Origin: Mycobacteriales bacterium
Lineage (GTDB): Bacteria > Actinomycetota > Actinomycetes > Mycobacteriales > SCTD01
Reading direction: 5' to 3'
DNA: 34,345 bases
NCBI GenBank assembly: GCA_046596735.1
Contig: JBKJLP010000260.1
Location: 1-34,345, forward strand
Shown: positions 1-7,389 of the stretch, piece by piece
How positions within the stretch are numbered: position 1 is the first letter of the stretch
Layout: every line of letters starts with the position of its first letter
Translations under genes and position numbers: made by a program
Notes under the pieces: model-generated
Database searches by the model: none
What the model was told of the DNA's origin: nothing
What the model saw: the letters and a program-made list of their open reading frames with translations, nothing else

Positions 1-147
1 GCCGACGACGGCGAAACCACCTGCGACAACATGGTCCTGCTCTGCCGCAGACACCACACCGCCTGGCACCAAGGCCGCATCACCCTCACCGACCTCGCCG
101 TCCCCTGGCTCAGCATCCCCGTACCCAGGCCACCACCCCGCGAGTAA
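1..147 (+). CDS. HNH endonuclease, C-terminal fragment (5' end lies outside the window)
   Basis: Frame 1 is open from the window edge to TAA at 145-147. It reads ADDGETTCDNMVLLCRRHHTAWHQGRITLTDL... The C-x2-N...LLCRRHH-x2-WH pattern is the HNH nuclease core seen at the C terminus of actinobacterial DUF222/13E12-type HNH proteins. Confidence 0.65.
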   Translation, partial: ADDGETTCDNMVLLCRRHHTAWHQGRITLTDLAVPWLSIPVPRPPPRE

Positions 148-231
148 CTGCGTAGTGGCGCACTGAATGACCCCCCTGGCTACAGACTCCCTGCCGAGGC
201 GTGCGATCTTGACGCCCGAATCGGAGGCAAC

Positions 232-696
232 ATGCATCGCGTCTGGGCGTTTCTCACGCTTGCACTCGTCGCTGGGTGCGCCACCAGCGCCGGGCCGGGC
301 ACCGCCTCGACATCGCGACCGCAGACTCCCTCAGCCGAACCGAGCGCTTCCGGGCTGACCTTTCTTGGAGAGGCTGACTACGTCGGGCCCACCTGCGATG
401 GCGGGCCACGCATAAGCCGCGACGACGAGCCGGATTACCCCGACTGGGTGATGGTTGACGGCAGGCGCTACTTCCTGCACGAGAAGGCCGAGCCAGACAC
501 GCGACTCGGGCCAGTGATCCTCCGCGTTCGCTGCACCCTTGGCTACTCCGGCACCCGGCCGTCGTATACGCCACGCTCGGGAGATTCCACGTTCCTCGGA
601 GTAGGCACGGCCGTCTACAGCGTCCAAGGGGCGTCTCGCGCCACGCTGGTCGCGACGGATACGCGCGACGGCGTCGAGCTCTGGGGCCCCGAGTAG
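232..696 (+). CDS. Putative lipoprotein of unknown function
   Basis: ATG at 232 is preceded by GGAGG at 222-226. The N terminus MHRVWAFLTLALVAGCATS has a hydrophobic signal sequence and a lipobox (LVAGC). I recognise no catalytic motif. Confidence 0.6.
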   Translation: MHRVWAFLTLALVAGCATSAGPGTASTSRPQTPSAEPSASGLTFLGEADYVGPTCDGGPRISRDDEPDYPDWVMVDGRRYFLHEKAEPDTRLGPVILRVRCTLGYSGTRPSYTPRSGDSTFLGVGTAVYSVQGASRATLVATDTRDGVELWGPE

Positions 697-834
697 CCAC
701 TTCCTGCGGTCTCAGCGGAGGTTCTGCCGGTCGTACAGCGCTCGGGGGTGCTCTCGGGTCACCTGCCGGCGGGCAGGGATCGGTGTGCCGGTGTCGAAAC
801 GGACAGGTAACCCTCTCGCACCCCCCGGAGCACC

Positions 835-2610
835 GTGAAGCGCCTTCTCGTCCTGACCGCCGTCCTTGCCGTCGGGCTGCCCTTCGGTTCGCACGCCCTG
901 GCGTCTCCCCAGATCGCTCCTGGCGACGGTGAGGGCGTTCCGTCGCTGACCGCCGAGGTGGTCGACACCGGAGTCGCGCTCAGCTGGGAGAGCATCGCCC
1001 GGGGCAACGCGCACCTGGACGAGCCGCTCCAGGTCGTCCGCGACGGTGCCGTGATCGCGGACGTGGAGCACGTAGCCACGTCGTACGAAGACCGGTCCGC
1101 TCGGCCGGGCACGACCCACTCCTATCAGGTGGTGCGCACCGACAAGAAGGGCGTTGCGTCGTCCGTCAGGGTCACGACCCCGGAGTACCTCGTGGGGGCG
1201 GCGACGCGTGACATCACCCCCGACGGCATCGTCAACCTGGGTGGGTTCGGACTCGGCAACGGCACAGTGATCCCCAACGCGATCGTGGGACGCGGCGGTC
1301 GCGGGGAGACCAAGGGCGAACGCATCAAGGTCCGGGCCATGGTCGTCGACGACGGCACGACTGCCGCCGCGGTCGCCGACCTGGAGCTGCAGGGCTACTT
1401 CGCGGCCTATCAGAAGGGGCCCGGCCTCCAGGACATCGCTGCGGCCATTGCTCGCGAGGTACCACGGCTGCCGGTGGGCAACATCGTGCTGGCCAGCGAC
1501 CACAGCCACAGCGCCCCCGACACCCTCGGCGTGTGGGGCGGTCCGCAGGCCGGCTACCTCGAGTTCATCAAGCAGCAGGTCGTGGAGGCGGTCACCGACG
1601 CCTACTCCCAGCGCGGCTTCGCGTCCCTCGCCGCCGGGCACTCCGACGCCTCCGATCTGGTCTACAACCAGTCCTGCACTGAGGGCCTCAACCAGAGCAA
1701 GAAGGCCGACTACCCCGGCCCCGACGTCTGCGCGACGCCGGGCAAGGACGGGATGGTCCGCGTCGTTCAGGCCACCACGCCGAGCGGCCGTCATCCCCTG
1801 ACCTACATGGTCTTTGCCGCGCACGCGACCGCCGGCGGTGGCAACGGTCTGCACGGCGATTGGCCGCAGTTCTTGTCCGAGGCGATGACCGCTCGCTACG
1901 GCGGCGTCGGCCTGGCCATGGTCGGCGCCCTGGGCGGGACCCAGCCGTGCCGGACGGCCTGCGCGTTCACCAAGTCGACCAACCCGGGATACAACGTCAG
2001 CGATCGCAAGACAGCGATCGTCCTCAACTATGGCGCCCATGTCGAGGCGGCGCTGAGCACGGCGAAGCCGGTGCACGGTCCGGTGCGCGCCGCGCAGGGG
2101 TTCATTCGCGAGGCCATCACCGGACCGGCGGTGACCGCGCTGTTTACCGCGGGCAAATACGCCGGCGCCGAACTGCTGCGGAACCACGACGCCCCCTGGG
2201 TCAACGGCCCGACGATCCGTACGGTCGTTGTCGTTGTCCGCATCGGCGACGTCGTCCTCGCGGCGACCCCCGGCGAGGGTTTCCCGCGGATCCGGCAGGA
2301 CATCGCCGACGCCCTCGGCAGCGGCGCCCAGGAAGTCATGACCCTCGGGTTGGCCAACGACCAGCTGGGATACCTGATCTCGCCGGCTGCCTACGTGCCG
2401 ATCATCGCCGCGGAGGTGCCGGTCAACGACAACATCATCTTCAACGTCTCAGCCACGATCGGGGACCACGTGGCCTGCGCCAACATTCGCCTGGCCGGCA
2501 CCCTGGGCCTCAAAGTCGTCACGCCGGTGACCTGTGCGCCGTACGGCGTCCAAGACGGCCAGGGCGACCCCATCGGTGCCGTCCCGGTCGGCGGGCTCGT
2601 CCTGCCCTAA
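835..2610 (+). CDS. Secreted hydrolase, neutral/alkaline ceramidase-like, with an N-terminal FN3-like module
   Basis: GTG at 835 has GGAG 4 nt upstream. The signal peptide is MKRLLVLTAVLAVGLPFGSHALA. An FN3-like stretch (LTAEVVDTGVALSWE...HSYQVVRTD) follows. Then come AATRDITPDG..., IKVRAMVVDDG and LASDHSHSAPDT, which resemble the N-terminal and Zn-site motifs of non-lysosomal ceramidases. The family assignment is from memory of motifs only. Confidence 0.55.
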   Translation: MKRLLVLTAVLAVGLPFGSHALASPQIAPGDGEGVPSLTAEVVDTGVALSWESIARGNAHLDEPLQVVRDGAVIADVEHVATSYEDRSARPGTTHSYQVVRTDKKGVASSVRVTTPEYLVGAATRDITPDGIVNLGGFGLGNGTVIPNAIVGRGGRGETKGERIKVRAMVVDDGTTAAAVADLELQGYFAAYQKGPGLQDIAAAIAREVPRLPVGNIVLASDHSHSAPDTLGVWGGPQAGYLEFIKQQVVEAVTDAYSQRGFASLAAGHSDASDLVYNQSCTEGLNQSKKADYPGPDVCATPGKDGMVRVVQATTPSGRHPLTYMVFAAHATAGGGNGLHGDWPQFLSEAMTARYGGVGLAMVGALGGTQPCRTACAFTKSTNPGYNVSDRKTAIVLNYGAHVEAALSTAKPVHGPVRAAQGFIREAITGPAVTALFTAGKYAGAELLRNHDAPWVNGPTIRTVVVVVRIGDVVLAATPGEGFPRIRQDIADALGSGAQEVMTLGLANDQLGYLISPAAYVPIIAAEVPVNDNIIFNVSATIGDHVACANIRLAGTLGLKVVTPVTCAPYGVQDGQGDPIGAVPVGGLVLP

Positions 2611-2616
2611 GCCTCG

Positions 2617-2901
2617 CTAGTCGGAGCGGAACTCGACCTGCTCGATCTCGATGCGGACCTCCTGGATGCGGACCATCACGCGCTCGCGCAGGTCGACAGG
2701 AAGCGGGTCACCGCCACAGCAGCGGGCGACCAGCGCCTTCACGTCGTTTTCCAGGCCGTACTGCCGAAGGCAGGGCGCGCACTCATCGAGGTGGATCCGG
2801 ATGTGGCCGTGCGCGTGGGCGTCATCCTCGCCGTCGAGGTAGAGGTAGACGTTTTCCAGCACCTCGCTGCACGGCGTGGCGTGCGGATCTCCGCAACTCA
2901 C
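2617..2901 (-). CDS. rshA: Anti-sigma factor RsrA/RshA (zinc/thiol redox-sensing, ZAS family)
   Basis: The protein [25 protein letters not shown]...[32 protein letters not shown] aligns closely with Streptomyces RsrA, including the H-x3-C-x2-C ZAS motif and the CC pair. Its GTG start overlaps the sigH stop in a GTGA junction. Confidence 0.92.
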   Translation of the reverse strand: MSCGDPHATPCSEVLENVYLYLDGEDDAHAHGHIRIHLDECAPCLRQYGLENDVKALVARCCGGDPLPVDLRERVMVRIQEVRIEIEQVEFRSD

Positions 2902-3515
2902 GAGTCGACCCCCGCATCGACGCCGGTCTTGACCAGACCACGCTCGACGGCGTAGTCGGCGAGCAAAACCTTGAGCCCGCGGCGGCCGCGGTGCAGCCGG
3001 CTCATCACGGTGCCGATCGGCGTCCCCATGATCTCAGCGATTTCCTTGTACGAGAACCCCTCGACATCGGCGAGGTAGACCGCCATGCGGAAGTCCTCGG
3101 GGAGCTGCTGCAGGGCGTCCTTGACGTCGCTATCCGGCAGGTGATCGAGCGCTTCCATCTCGGCGCTGCGCAGGCCCGTGCTCTGGTGCGCCTCCGCCGA
3201 CGCGAGCTGCCAGTCCGTGATCTCGTCGGTCGGCGAGGTCAGCGGCTGGCGCTGCTTCTTGCGGTAGTTGTTGATGAACGTGTTGGTCAGGATGCGATAA
3301 AGCCAGGCCTTGAGGTTGGTCCCCTCCTGGAACTGGTGGAACGCCGCAAACGCCTTGACGAACGTCTCCTGGACCAGGTCCTCGGCGTCCGCGGGGTTGC
3401 GCGTCATCCGCATCCCGGCCGCGTAGAGCTGGTCGAGGAAGGGCAGCGCGTCGCGCTCGAACCGCGCGCTGCGCTGCTCGCTGGTCTCGGTCTCGACCGT
3501 GCTCACCTCCGCCAT
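2898..3515 (-). CDS. sigH: ECF RNA polymerase sigma factor SigH/SigR
   Basis: Region 2 ([20 protein letters not shown]...[20 protein letters not shown]) and region 4 ([39 protein letters not shown]) are typical of SigH/SigR. ATG at 3515 has GGAG 5 nt upstream. The ORF stays open upstream to an ATG at 3647, giving a possible longer isoform (see findings). Confidence 0.9.
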   Translation of the reverse strand: MAEVSTVETETSEQRSARFERDALPFLDQLYAAGMRMTRNPADAEDLVQETFVKAFAAFHQFQEGTNLKAWLYRILTNTFINNYRKKQRQPLTSPTDEITDWQLASAEAHQSTGLRSAEMEALDHLPDSDVKDALQQLPEDFRMAVYLADVEGFSYKEIAEIMGTPIGTVMSRLHRGRRGLKVLLADYAVERGLVKTGVDAGVDS

Positions 3516-3696
3516 GCCTGCTCCGACGACAGCGGGCCGACGGAGGGTCGAGTCTACCCGGGTACGACCACCCGGGCCTCCGGGAGCCGGGCGCCGGACA
3601 GCCTTCGCCACCGGGGAAGCGGCGCCGGTCGCGCATACGGCGGGCATCGGGCCTCCCTGTCACTGCACGGCCCCGGTGGCCGCTCGTGTCCGACAC

Positions 3697-3724
3697 AACA
3701 CAGGACTGCAGGCCAGCGATTCCC
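3697..3724 (-). promoter_or_regulatory. Candidate SigH/SigR-dependent (autoregulated) promoter
   Basis: The minus strand reads GGGAATC-N17-TGTTG. GGGAAT is the complement of 3724-3719 and GTT is the complement of 3699-3697. This fits the GGAAT-N18/19-GTT type consensus reported for SigR/SigH promoters. It lies about 180 nt upstream of the 3515 ATG and about 45 nt upstream of the 3647 ATG. Confidence 0.5.
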
Positions 3725-3763
3725 GCTCCGCTCACCCGAGCGCCACCCACGTACGCTGGCGAG

Positions 3764-4423
3764 GTGGACGGCCACCACCCCGCAGTCGAGCAATACCTCG
3801 AGACAATTCTCGAACTCGAAGAGTCCGGCATCGTCCCGTTGCGGGCCCGGATCGTGGAACGGCTGGGGGTCTCGGCACCGGCGGTGAGCGAGACGGTCAA
3901 GCGGCTTGAGCGCGAGGGCTACCTCACCCTCGACGATGAGCGCGTCATGCACCTGACCGACACGGGCCGCGCCTACGCGACCTCGGTGCTGCGTCGACAC
4001 CGCCTCGCCGAACTGTTGCTCGTCGACGTTCTTAAGGTGCCCTGGTCCCAGGTGCACGAGGAGGCCTGTCGGCTCGAGCACGCCATCAGCGACAACCTCG
4101 AGGCCCACCTCGTGGCACTGCTCGGCGACCCAGGGGTCTGCCCGCACGGCAACCCGATCCCCGGCTCAGCCAACCTCGTCGACCTCGGACCGCTGCAACC
4201 GCTGGGATCGGTCGCGCCGGGGGGCACCTGCATCGTCCGCCGCATCGATGAGCACCTGCAGACCCAGCTCGATCACATGCGCCACCTCGAGTCCGCCCGT
4301 GTGATGCCCGGCCAGTCCGTCCGGGTCACGTCCAGCGACGCGGGCAGCATGACGCTCGACGTGGCCGGAGCGACCGTGTCCGTGCCGGCCACGGTCGCCG
4401 CCAACGTCTACGTCAGCGTCTGA
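3764..4423 (+). CDS. DtxR/IdeR-family metal-dependent transcriptional regulator with C-terminal SH3-like (FeoA) domain
   Basis: VEQYLETILELEESGIVPLRARIVERLGVSAPAVSETVKRLEREGYL...RRHRLAELLLVDVL..VHEEACRLEH...CPHGNPIPG aligns residue-for-residue with IdeR when the GTG at 3764 is used as the start. The H79/E83/H98/C102/E105/H106 equivalents are present, and the M10 equivalent is Gln. The ORF is also open from the GTG at 3686, an alternative start. That extension has no IdeR counterpart and overlaps the candidate sigH promoter. Confidence 0.85.
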   Translation: MDGHHPAVEQYLETILELEESGIVPLRARIVERLGVSAPAVSETVKRLEREGYLTLDDERVMHLTDTGRAYATSVLRRHRLAELLLVDVLKVPWSQVHEEACRLEHAISDNLEAHLVALLGDPGVCPHGNPIPGSANLVDLGPLQPLGSVAPGGTCIVRRIDEHLQTQLDHMRHLESARVMPGQSVRVTSSDAGSMTLDVAGATVSVPATVAANVYVSV

Positions 4424-5031
4424 AGCAGGTCCCGCACGGCGTCGCCGACCTCGACGAGCACGTCCGCGCGCGACCTCCCGTCGCGTAGCCGTACGGCAAA
4501 GCTGTGGTCCGCCCCGGCCACCACCCGCACCTGGCGTCCCGGTGTCTCGTCGGGCACCCCGAAGGCGTCCCGCGAACCCTGGACCACCAGCAGCGGGACC
4601 TCGACCTGGTCGAGCTCAGCCTGCCTACTCCGCTCCGAGCGCGGCGGGCACAGCGGGAACGCCAGCGCCAGGACGGCGGCCGCGCCCAGCCGGTCAGCCG
4701 TGCGGCAGGCCACCCGGGCACCCGCACTGCGCCCACCCAGGACCAGCGGTCCGGGTCCGGCGACGGCCGTCACGACGTCGAGCCACGCCGCGTCCAGGTG
4801 CGCCGGCGCCTCGGCGACCCGTCGTCCCGCGACCCGCCACGGCTGGTCGACTCGGACGACCCGCCAGCCCAGCGCCACAGCGACCTCGGTGGCGGCGAGC
4901 AGATCCGGCGCCTCGGAGCCGCCGCCAGCGCCATGGCCCAACACCAACAGCCCAGCCGGATCGCGCTCCGGTCCCGCTTCGTAGAGCCGGGCCGGTCCCC
5001 GCGTCGTCGTCAGGAGCCGCGGGGAAGCCAT
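4408..5031 (-). CDS. Alpha/beta-fold hydrolase (dienelactone hydrolase / KANL3-Tex30-like)
   Basis: Motifs are LLVLGHGAGGG, the nucleophile-elbow-like LVLGGRSAGARVA, LLVVQGSRDAFG and GADHSF. I take the start at ATG 5031 (MASPRLL...). The 5032-5235 extension of the ORF is Arg/Ala-rich and overlaps the next gene. Confidence 0.7.
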   Translation of the reverse strand: MASPRLLTTTRGPARLYEAGPERDPAGLLVLGHGAGGGSEAPDLLAATEVAVALGWRVVRVDQPWRVAGRRVAEAPAHLDAAWLDVVTAVAGPGPLVLGGRSAGARVACRTADRLGAAAVLALAFPLCPPRSERSRQAELDQVEVPLLVVQGSRDAFGVPDETPGRQVRVVAGADHSFAVRLRDGRSRADVLVEVGDAVRDLLQTLT

Positions 5032-5047
5032 GTGCTCGGGGGTGGGC

Positions 5048-5389
5048 CTAGGCGGCTTCAGCCTTGGCCTGGCACTCCACACAGCGGCTCGCCTCAGGCC
5101 GGACCTGCAATCGCGCCTCGCTGATCGCCGTACCGCAGTCGATGCACGTGCCGTACGTGCCGTCGTCCAGGCGGCCCAGTGCCGCGACGACGTGCGTGCG
5201 GTGTTCCGCCGCAGCCTCGCGCATCGCCTGCTCACGGTCGTTTTCGGTGAGGTCGCTGGCGGCGTCCGAGGAGTTCTGCTCGTTGTCGCCGGCCTCGTCG
5301 GCTTCGTCGTCCACCGCCTGGCTTGCCGCGGTGGCGTCGAGCTCGGTCAGCATCTGCGCAAGCTGCTCTCGGGCGTCCTGCAGGTCCAC
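5048..5389 (-). CDS. TraR/DksA-family C4 zinc-finger protein
   Basis: The C terminus CIDCGTAISEARLQVRPEASRCVECQ is a C-x2-C-x17-C-x2-C finger. The N-terminal half is helical and acidic. GTG at 5389 has GAGGAG 5 nt upstream, so I prefer it. An in-frame GTG at 5407 is an alternative start. Confidence 0.8.
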   Translation of the reverse strand: MDLQDAREQLAQMLTELDATAASQAVDDEADEAGDNEQNSSDAASDLTENDREQAMREAAAEHRTHVVAALGRLDDGTYGTCIDCGTAISEARLQVRPEASRCVECQAKAEAA

Positions 5390-5497
5390 GGGGGCTCCTC
5401 GGGTCACATTCGGGTGCGGTCGTCCGGGGAGTCCGGGCGCGTGCAGGTTGCCTCATGACTACCCGATCCTGGGCGAAAGAGGCCTGCGGTGGGGCTA

Positions 5498-6160
5498 TCA
5501 GGCGATCGGCTCCACCAGGTCCGGACCGTTGTTGCGGACATTGCCCACCGCCGACGAGACCGGCCACGCTTGCAGGACCCCCGGCAGCGGCGCCAGCAGG
5601 ACGTCGTCGGGGTCCTCGACATCGGGCGCCAGCCACGTCGCCCAGGCCTCGCGCGGCACCAGGACCGGCGTGCGGTCATGGATATGCCCGAGCTCGTCCG
5701 ACGCCTCAGTGGTGAGCACCGTGCAGGTCCACAGTGAGCTGCCCTCAGGTGACTTCCAGACCTCGTACAACCCCGCCATCGCCAGTGGCGCGTTGTCCGT
5801 CGATGACAGGAAGTACGGCTGCTTGCCGCCATCGTGGCGCTGCCACTCGTAGTAGCCGTCGGCAGGGACCAGGCAGCGCCGGCGCGCGTAGGCCGCCCGG
5901 AAGGCGGGCTTGTCGCGCACGGTCTCTCGCCGAGCGTTGATGAACCGGGCCCCGGTTTTGGGGTCCTTGGCCCACGACGGCACCAGCCCCCACCGGACCA
6001 CCCGAAGCTGTCGCTGCTCCTCGCGCTGCAGCACCACGTAGACCGGGTCCGTCGGCGCCACGTTGTACGACGCGGGCAGAGCCTCCTCCACAGGGGCGTC
6101 CACCTCGAAGTGGGCGGACAGATCGTCTGCGGGACGAGAGCTGGCGTAGCGGCCGCACAC
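5498..6160 (-). CDS. SOS response-associated peptidase (SRAP; YedK/HMCES family abasic-site processing protein)
   Basis: The N-terminal MCGRY supplies the catalytic Cys2. YNVAPT, VRWGLVPSW, INARRET and GYYEW are the canonical SRAP motifs. Confidence 0.92.
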   Translation of the reverse strand: MCGRYASSRPADDLSAHFEVDAPVEEALPASYNVAPTDPVYVVLQREEQRQLRVVRWGLVPSWAKDPKTGARFINARRETVRDKPAFRAAYARRRCLVPADGYYEWQRHDGGKQPYFLSSTDNAPLAMAGLYEVWKSPEGSSLWTCTVLTTEASDELGHIHDRTPVLVPREAWATWLAPDVEDPDDVLLAPLPGVLQAWPVSSAVGNVRNNGPDLVEPIA

Positions 6161-6192
6161 GGTCAGTCCCGGTCGGTGTTCAGGCGGTGAGT

Positions 6193-6233
6193 CACCCTGC
6201 TGAGCCTAGGCGGGCCTTAGGCTCAGCAGGGTG
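6193..6233. repeat. Perfect 16-bp inverted repeat (hairpin/operator candidate) in a divergent intergenic region
   Basis: CACCCTGCTGAGCCTA (6193-6208) and TAGGCTCAGCAGGGTG (6218-6233) are exact reverse complements separated by the 9-nt spacer GGCGGGCCT. The element sits between the SRAP gene start (6160, -) and the GNAT ORF. Its right arm covers the first candidate GTG (6231). Confidence 0.85.
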
Positions 6234-7376
6234 CCGTCCCCTGCCGTGCGTCAGAGCTGTGTGCTCACCGGTGACGACGCCCTTCGCGGGCTCACCGAGA
6301 TCGAGGGTCTCCTTGAGGAGACCGGCGCGCCGATCACCGCACGGGTGCCGTGGCTGCGCGCCTGGGCCGGCGCGACGCAAGACCTTCCGGTGCTCGTCGT
6401 GGCGCACGCCGGTGGCAGGCCGACGGCCGCTGCACCCCTAGCCATGCGGCGTCGCGGGCCGGTGAGGGAGGTCCTGGCCTGGGGCCATCAGGACAGCGAT
6501 CGGGTCTCTCTTCCGGCTCGGACGCCGGCCGATGCTGGCGAGCTGGCCCGGGCCCTCCACGCCTATCTGCGCGGCCTGCGCCGACCCTGGACCCTGCGCG
6601 TGGAGCAGTTGCCGGTGGCCGATGGTGCCGGCCTCGCCTTGGCCCGCACGCTTCCCCGGGCCGCACTGAGCGAGGGCGACGTCAGCCCACGGACGGTTTT
6701 CGGTCCCGAGCGCACGCTCGCCCAGCACCTGAGCCGCAACGGTCGCCGCAGTGCCCTCCAGGCGGGCAACCGGCTGGCCGCGGCCTCGCTCGACCCGCAG
6801 GTCGGCTACTGGCGTAGCCCCGACGACGTCCGGCGGCACCTGGCTGACCTGGAAGGGTTGCGCCGTCGACGCGACCATGCGCTCGGCCGACCCAGCGCCA
6901 TGGACGACCCCGCCCGGCGGGAGTTCTACCGCACCGTCGTCCTCGGCGCTGCCGCTACCGGCGAGCTCGAGCTGGCCACCCTGCACGTCGACGGGCGCCT
7001 GGCGGCGTACGACGTCTGCTTCATCGACCACGGCTGGCTCCGGCTGTGGGACGGCCGGATCGAACCGGACCTGGCCCACTACGGCGTGGGCAAGCTGCTG
7101 GACGCTCGGGTACTGGAGCGAGCACTCGCCGATCCCACTCTGCTGGGTGTGGACTGGATGCGCGGCGACGAGCCGTACAAAAGTCGCTCGGCCAACGAAC
7201 GGGTCGCGCACGAACACCTGCACGCGTCGTCGTCCGCCGCGGCGTGGGCGGTCTCGTTCGGCGGTCGCGCGCTGCGCAGCGCCGCCCGCGCCCGAGCCGC
7301 GGAGCATCCTGCCGTCCTGGAGCACTGGCGCAAAGCGAAGACTCGGGCTCTGGAGTTGCGCCGCGGGGCTGGCTGA
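6231..7376 (+). CDS. GNAT-fold acyl/aminoacyl transferase, CelD/BioF2/FemAB-like (Acetyltransf_6 type)
   Basis: The C-terminal half contains HVDGRLAAYDVCF..., VGKLLD... and VDWMRGDEPYKSR, typical of CelD/BcsL-like GNAT proteins found in polysaccharide loci. The start is uncertain. GTG 6231 lies inside the inverted repeat, and in-frame GTGs at 6246 and 6261 are alternatives. Confidence 0.65.
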   Translation: MPSPAVRQSCVLTGDDALRGLTEIEGLLEETGAPITARVPWLRAWAGATQDLPVLVVAHAGGRPTAAAPLAMRRRGPVREVLAWGHQDSDRVSLPARTPADAGELARALHAYLRGLRRPWTLRVEQLPVADGAGLALARTLPRAALSEGDVSPRTVFGPERTLAQHLSRNGRRSALQAGNRLAAASLDPQVGYWRSPDDVRRHLADLEGLRRRRDHALGRPSAMDDPARREFYRTVVLGAAATGELELATLHVDGRLAAYDVCFIDHGWLRLWDGRIEPDLAHYGVGKLLDARVLERALADPTLLGVDWMRGDEPYKSRSANERVAHEHLHASSSAAAWAVSFGGRALRSAARARAAEHPAVLEHWRKAKTRALELRRGAG

Positions 7377-7389
7377 GCGACAGCTCAGC
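7372..7389. terminator. Short hairpin spanning both stop codons of a convergent gene pair
   Basis: GCTGAGC-GACA-GCTCAGC is a 7-bp perfect stem with a 4-nt loop. The left arm contains the TGA of the GNAT gene (7374-7376). The right arm contains the complement of the TGA of the deacetylase gene (7385-7387). There is no U-tract, so terminator function is uncertain. Confidence 0.3.

Noticed and set aside
770-785. A hairpin CCTGCC-GGCG-GGCAGG downstream of the lipoprotein gene, considered as a terminator.
   Set aside because: The stem is only 6 bp and there is no U-tract. It lies about 75 nt after the stop and just upstream of the next gene start, which is not enough to call a terminator.
712-2187. 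A 491-aa minus-strand ORF. Similar long ORFs are 1860-3887(+), 3130-3900(-), 6438-7325(-), 10138-11184(-), 12934-14193(+), 17636-18376(+), 22288-23190(-), 24147-25328(+), 26426-27727(-), 26620-28368(+), 28385-29302(+), 32983-33867(+) and 33224-33970(-).
   Set aside because: All lie antisense to or out of frame with genes that carry clear family motifs. Their products are Arg/Pro/Gly/Ala-rich with no recognisable motif. This is the usual shadow-ORF artefact of stop-codon-poor, very GC-rich DNA.
6161-6192. Search for an SOS (LexA) box or a RecA-independent DNA-damage promoter upstream of the SRAP gene.
   Set aside because: There is no TCGAAC-N4-GTTCGA-like sequence. GGTCGGTG-N8-GTGAGT on the + strand only partly resembles the tTGTCRgtg-N8-TAnnnT motif. 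It points away from the SRAP gene and lacks a TAnnnT -10.
6193-6233. Possibility that the 16-bp inverted repeat is an IdeR/DtxR iron box (the TTAGGCTCAG segment is reminiscent of TTAGGTTAGGCTAACCTAA).
   Set aside because: Only a TAGGCT core is shared. The half-site spacing and the remaining positions do not fit the 19-bp iron-box palindrome.
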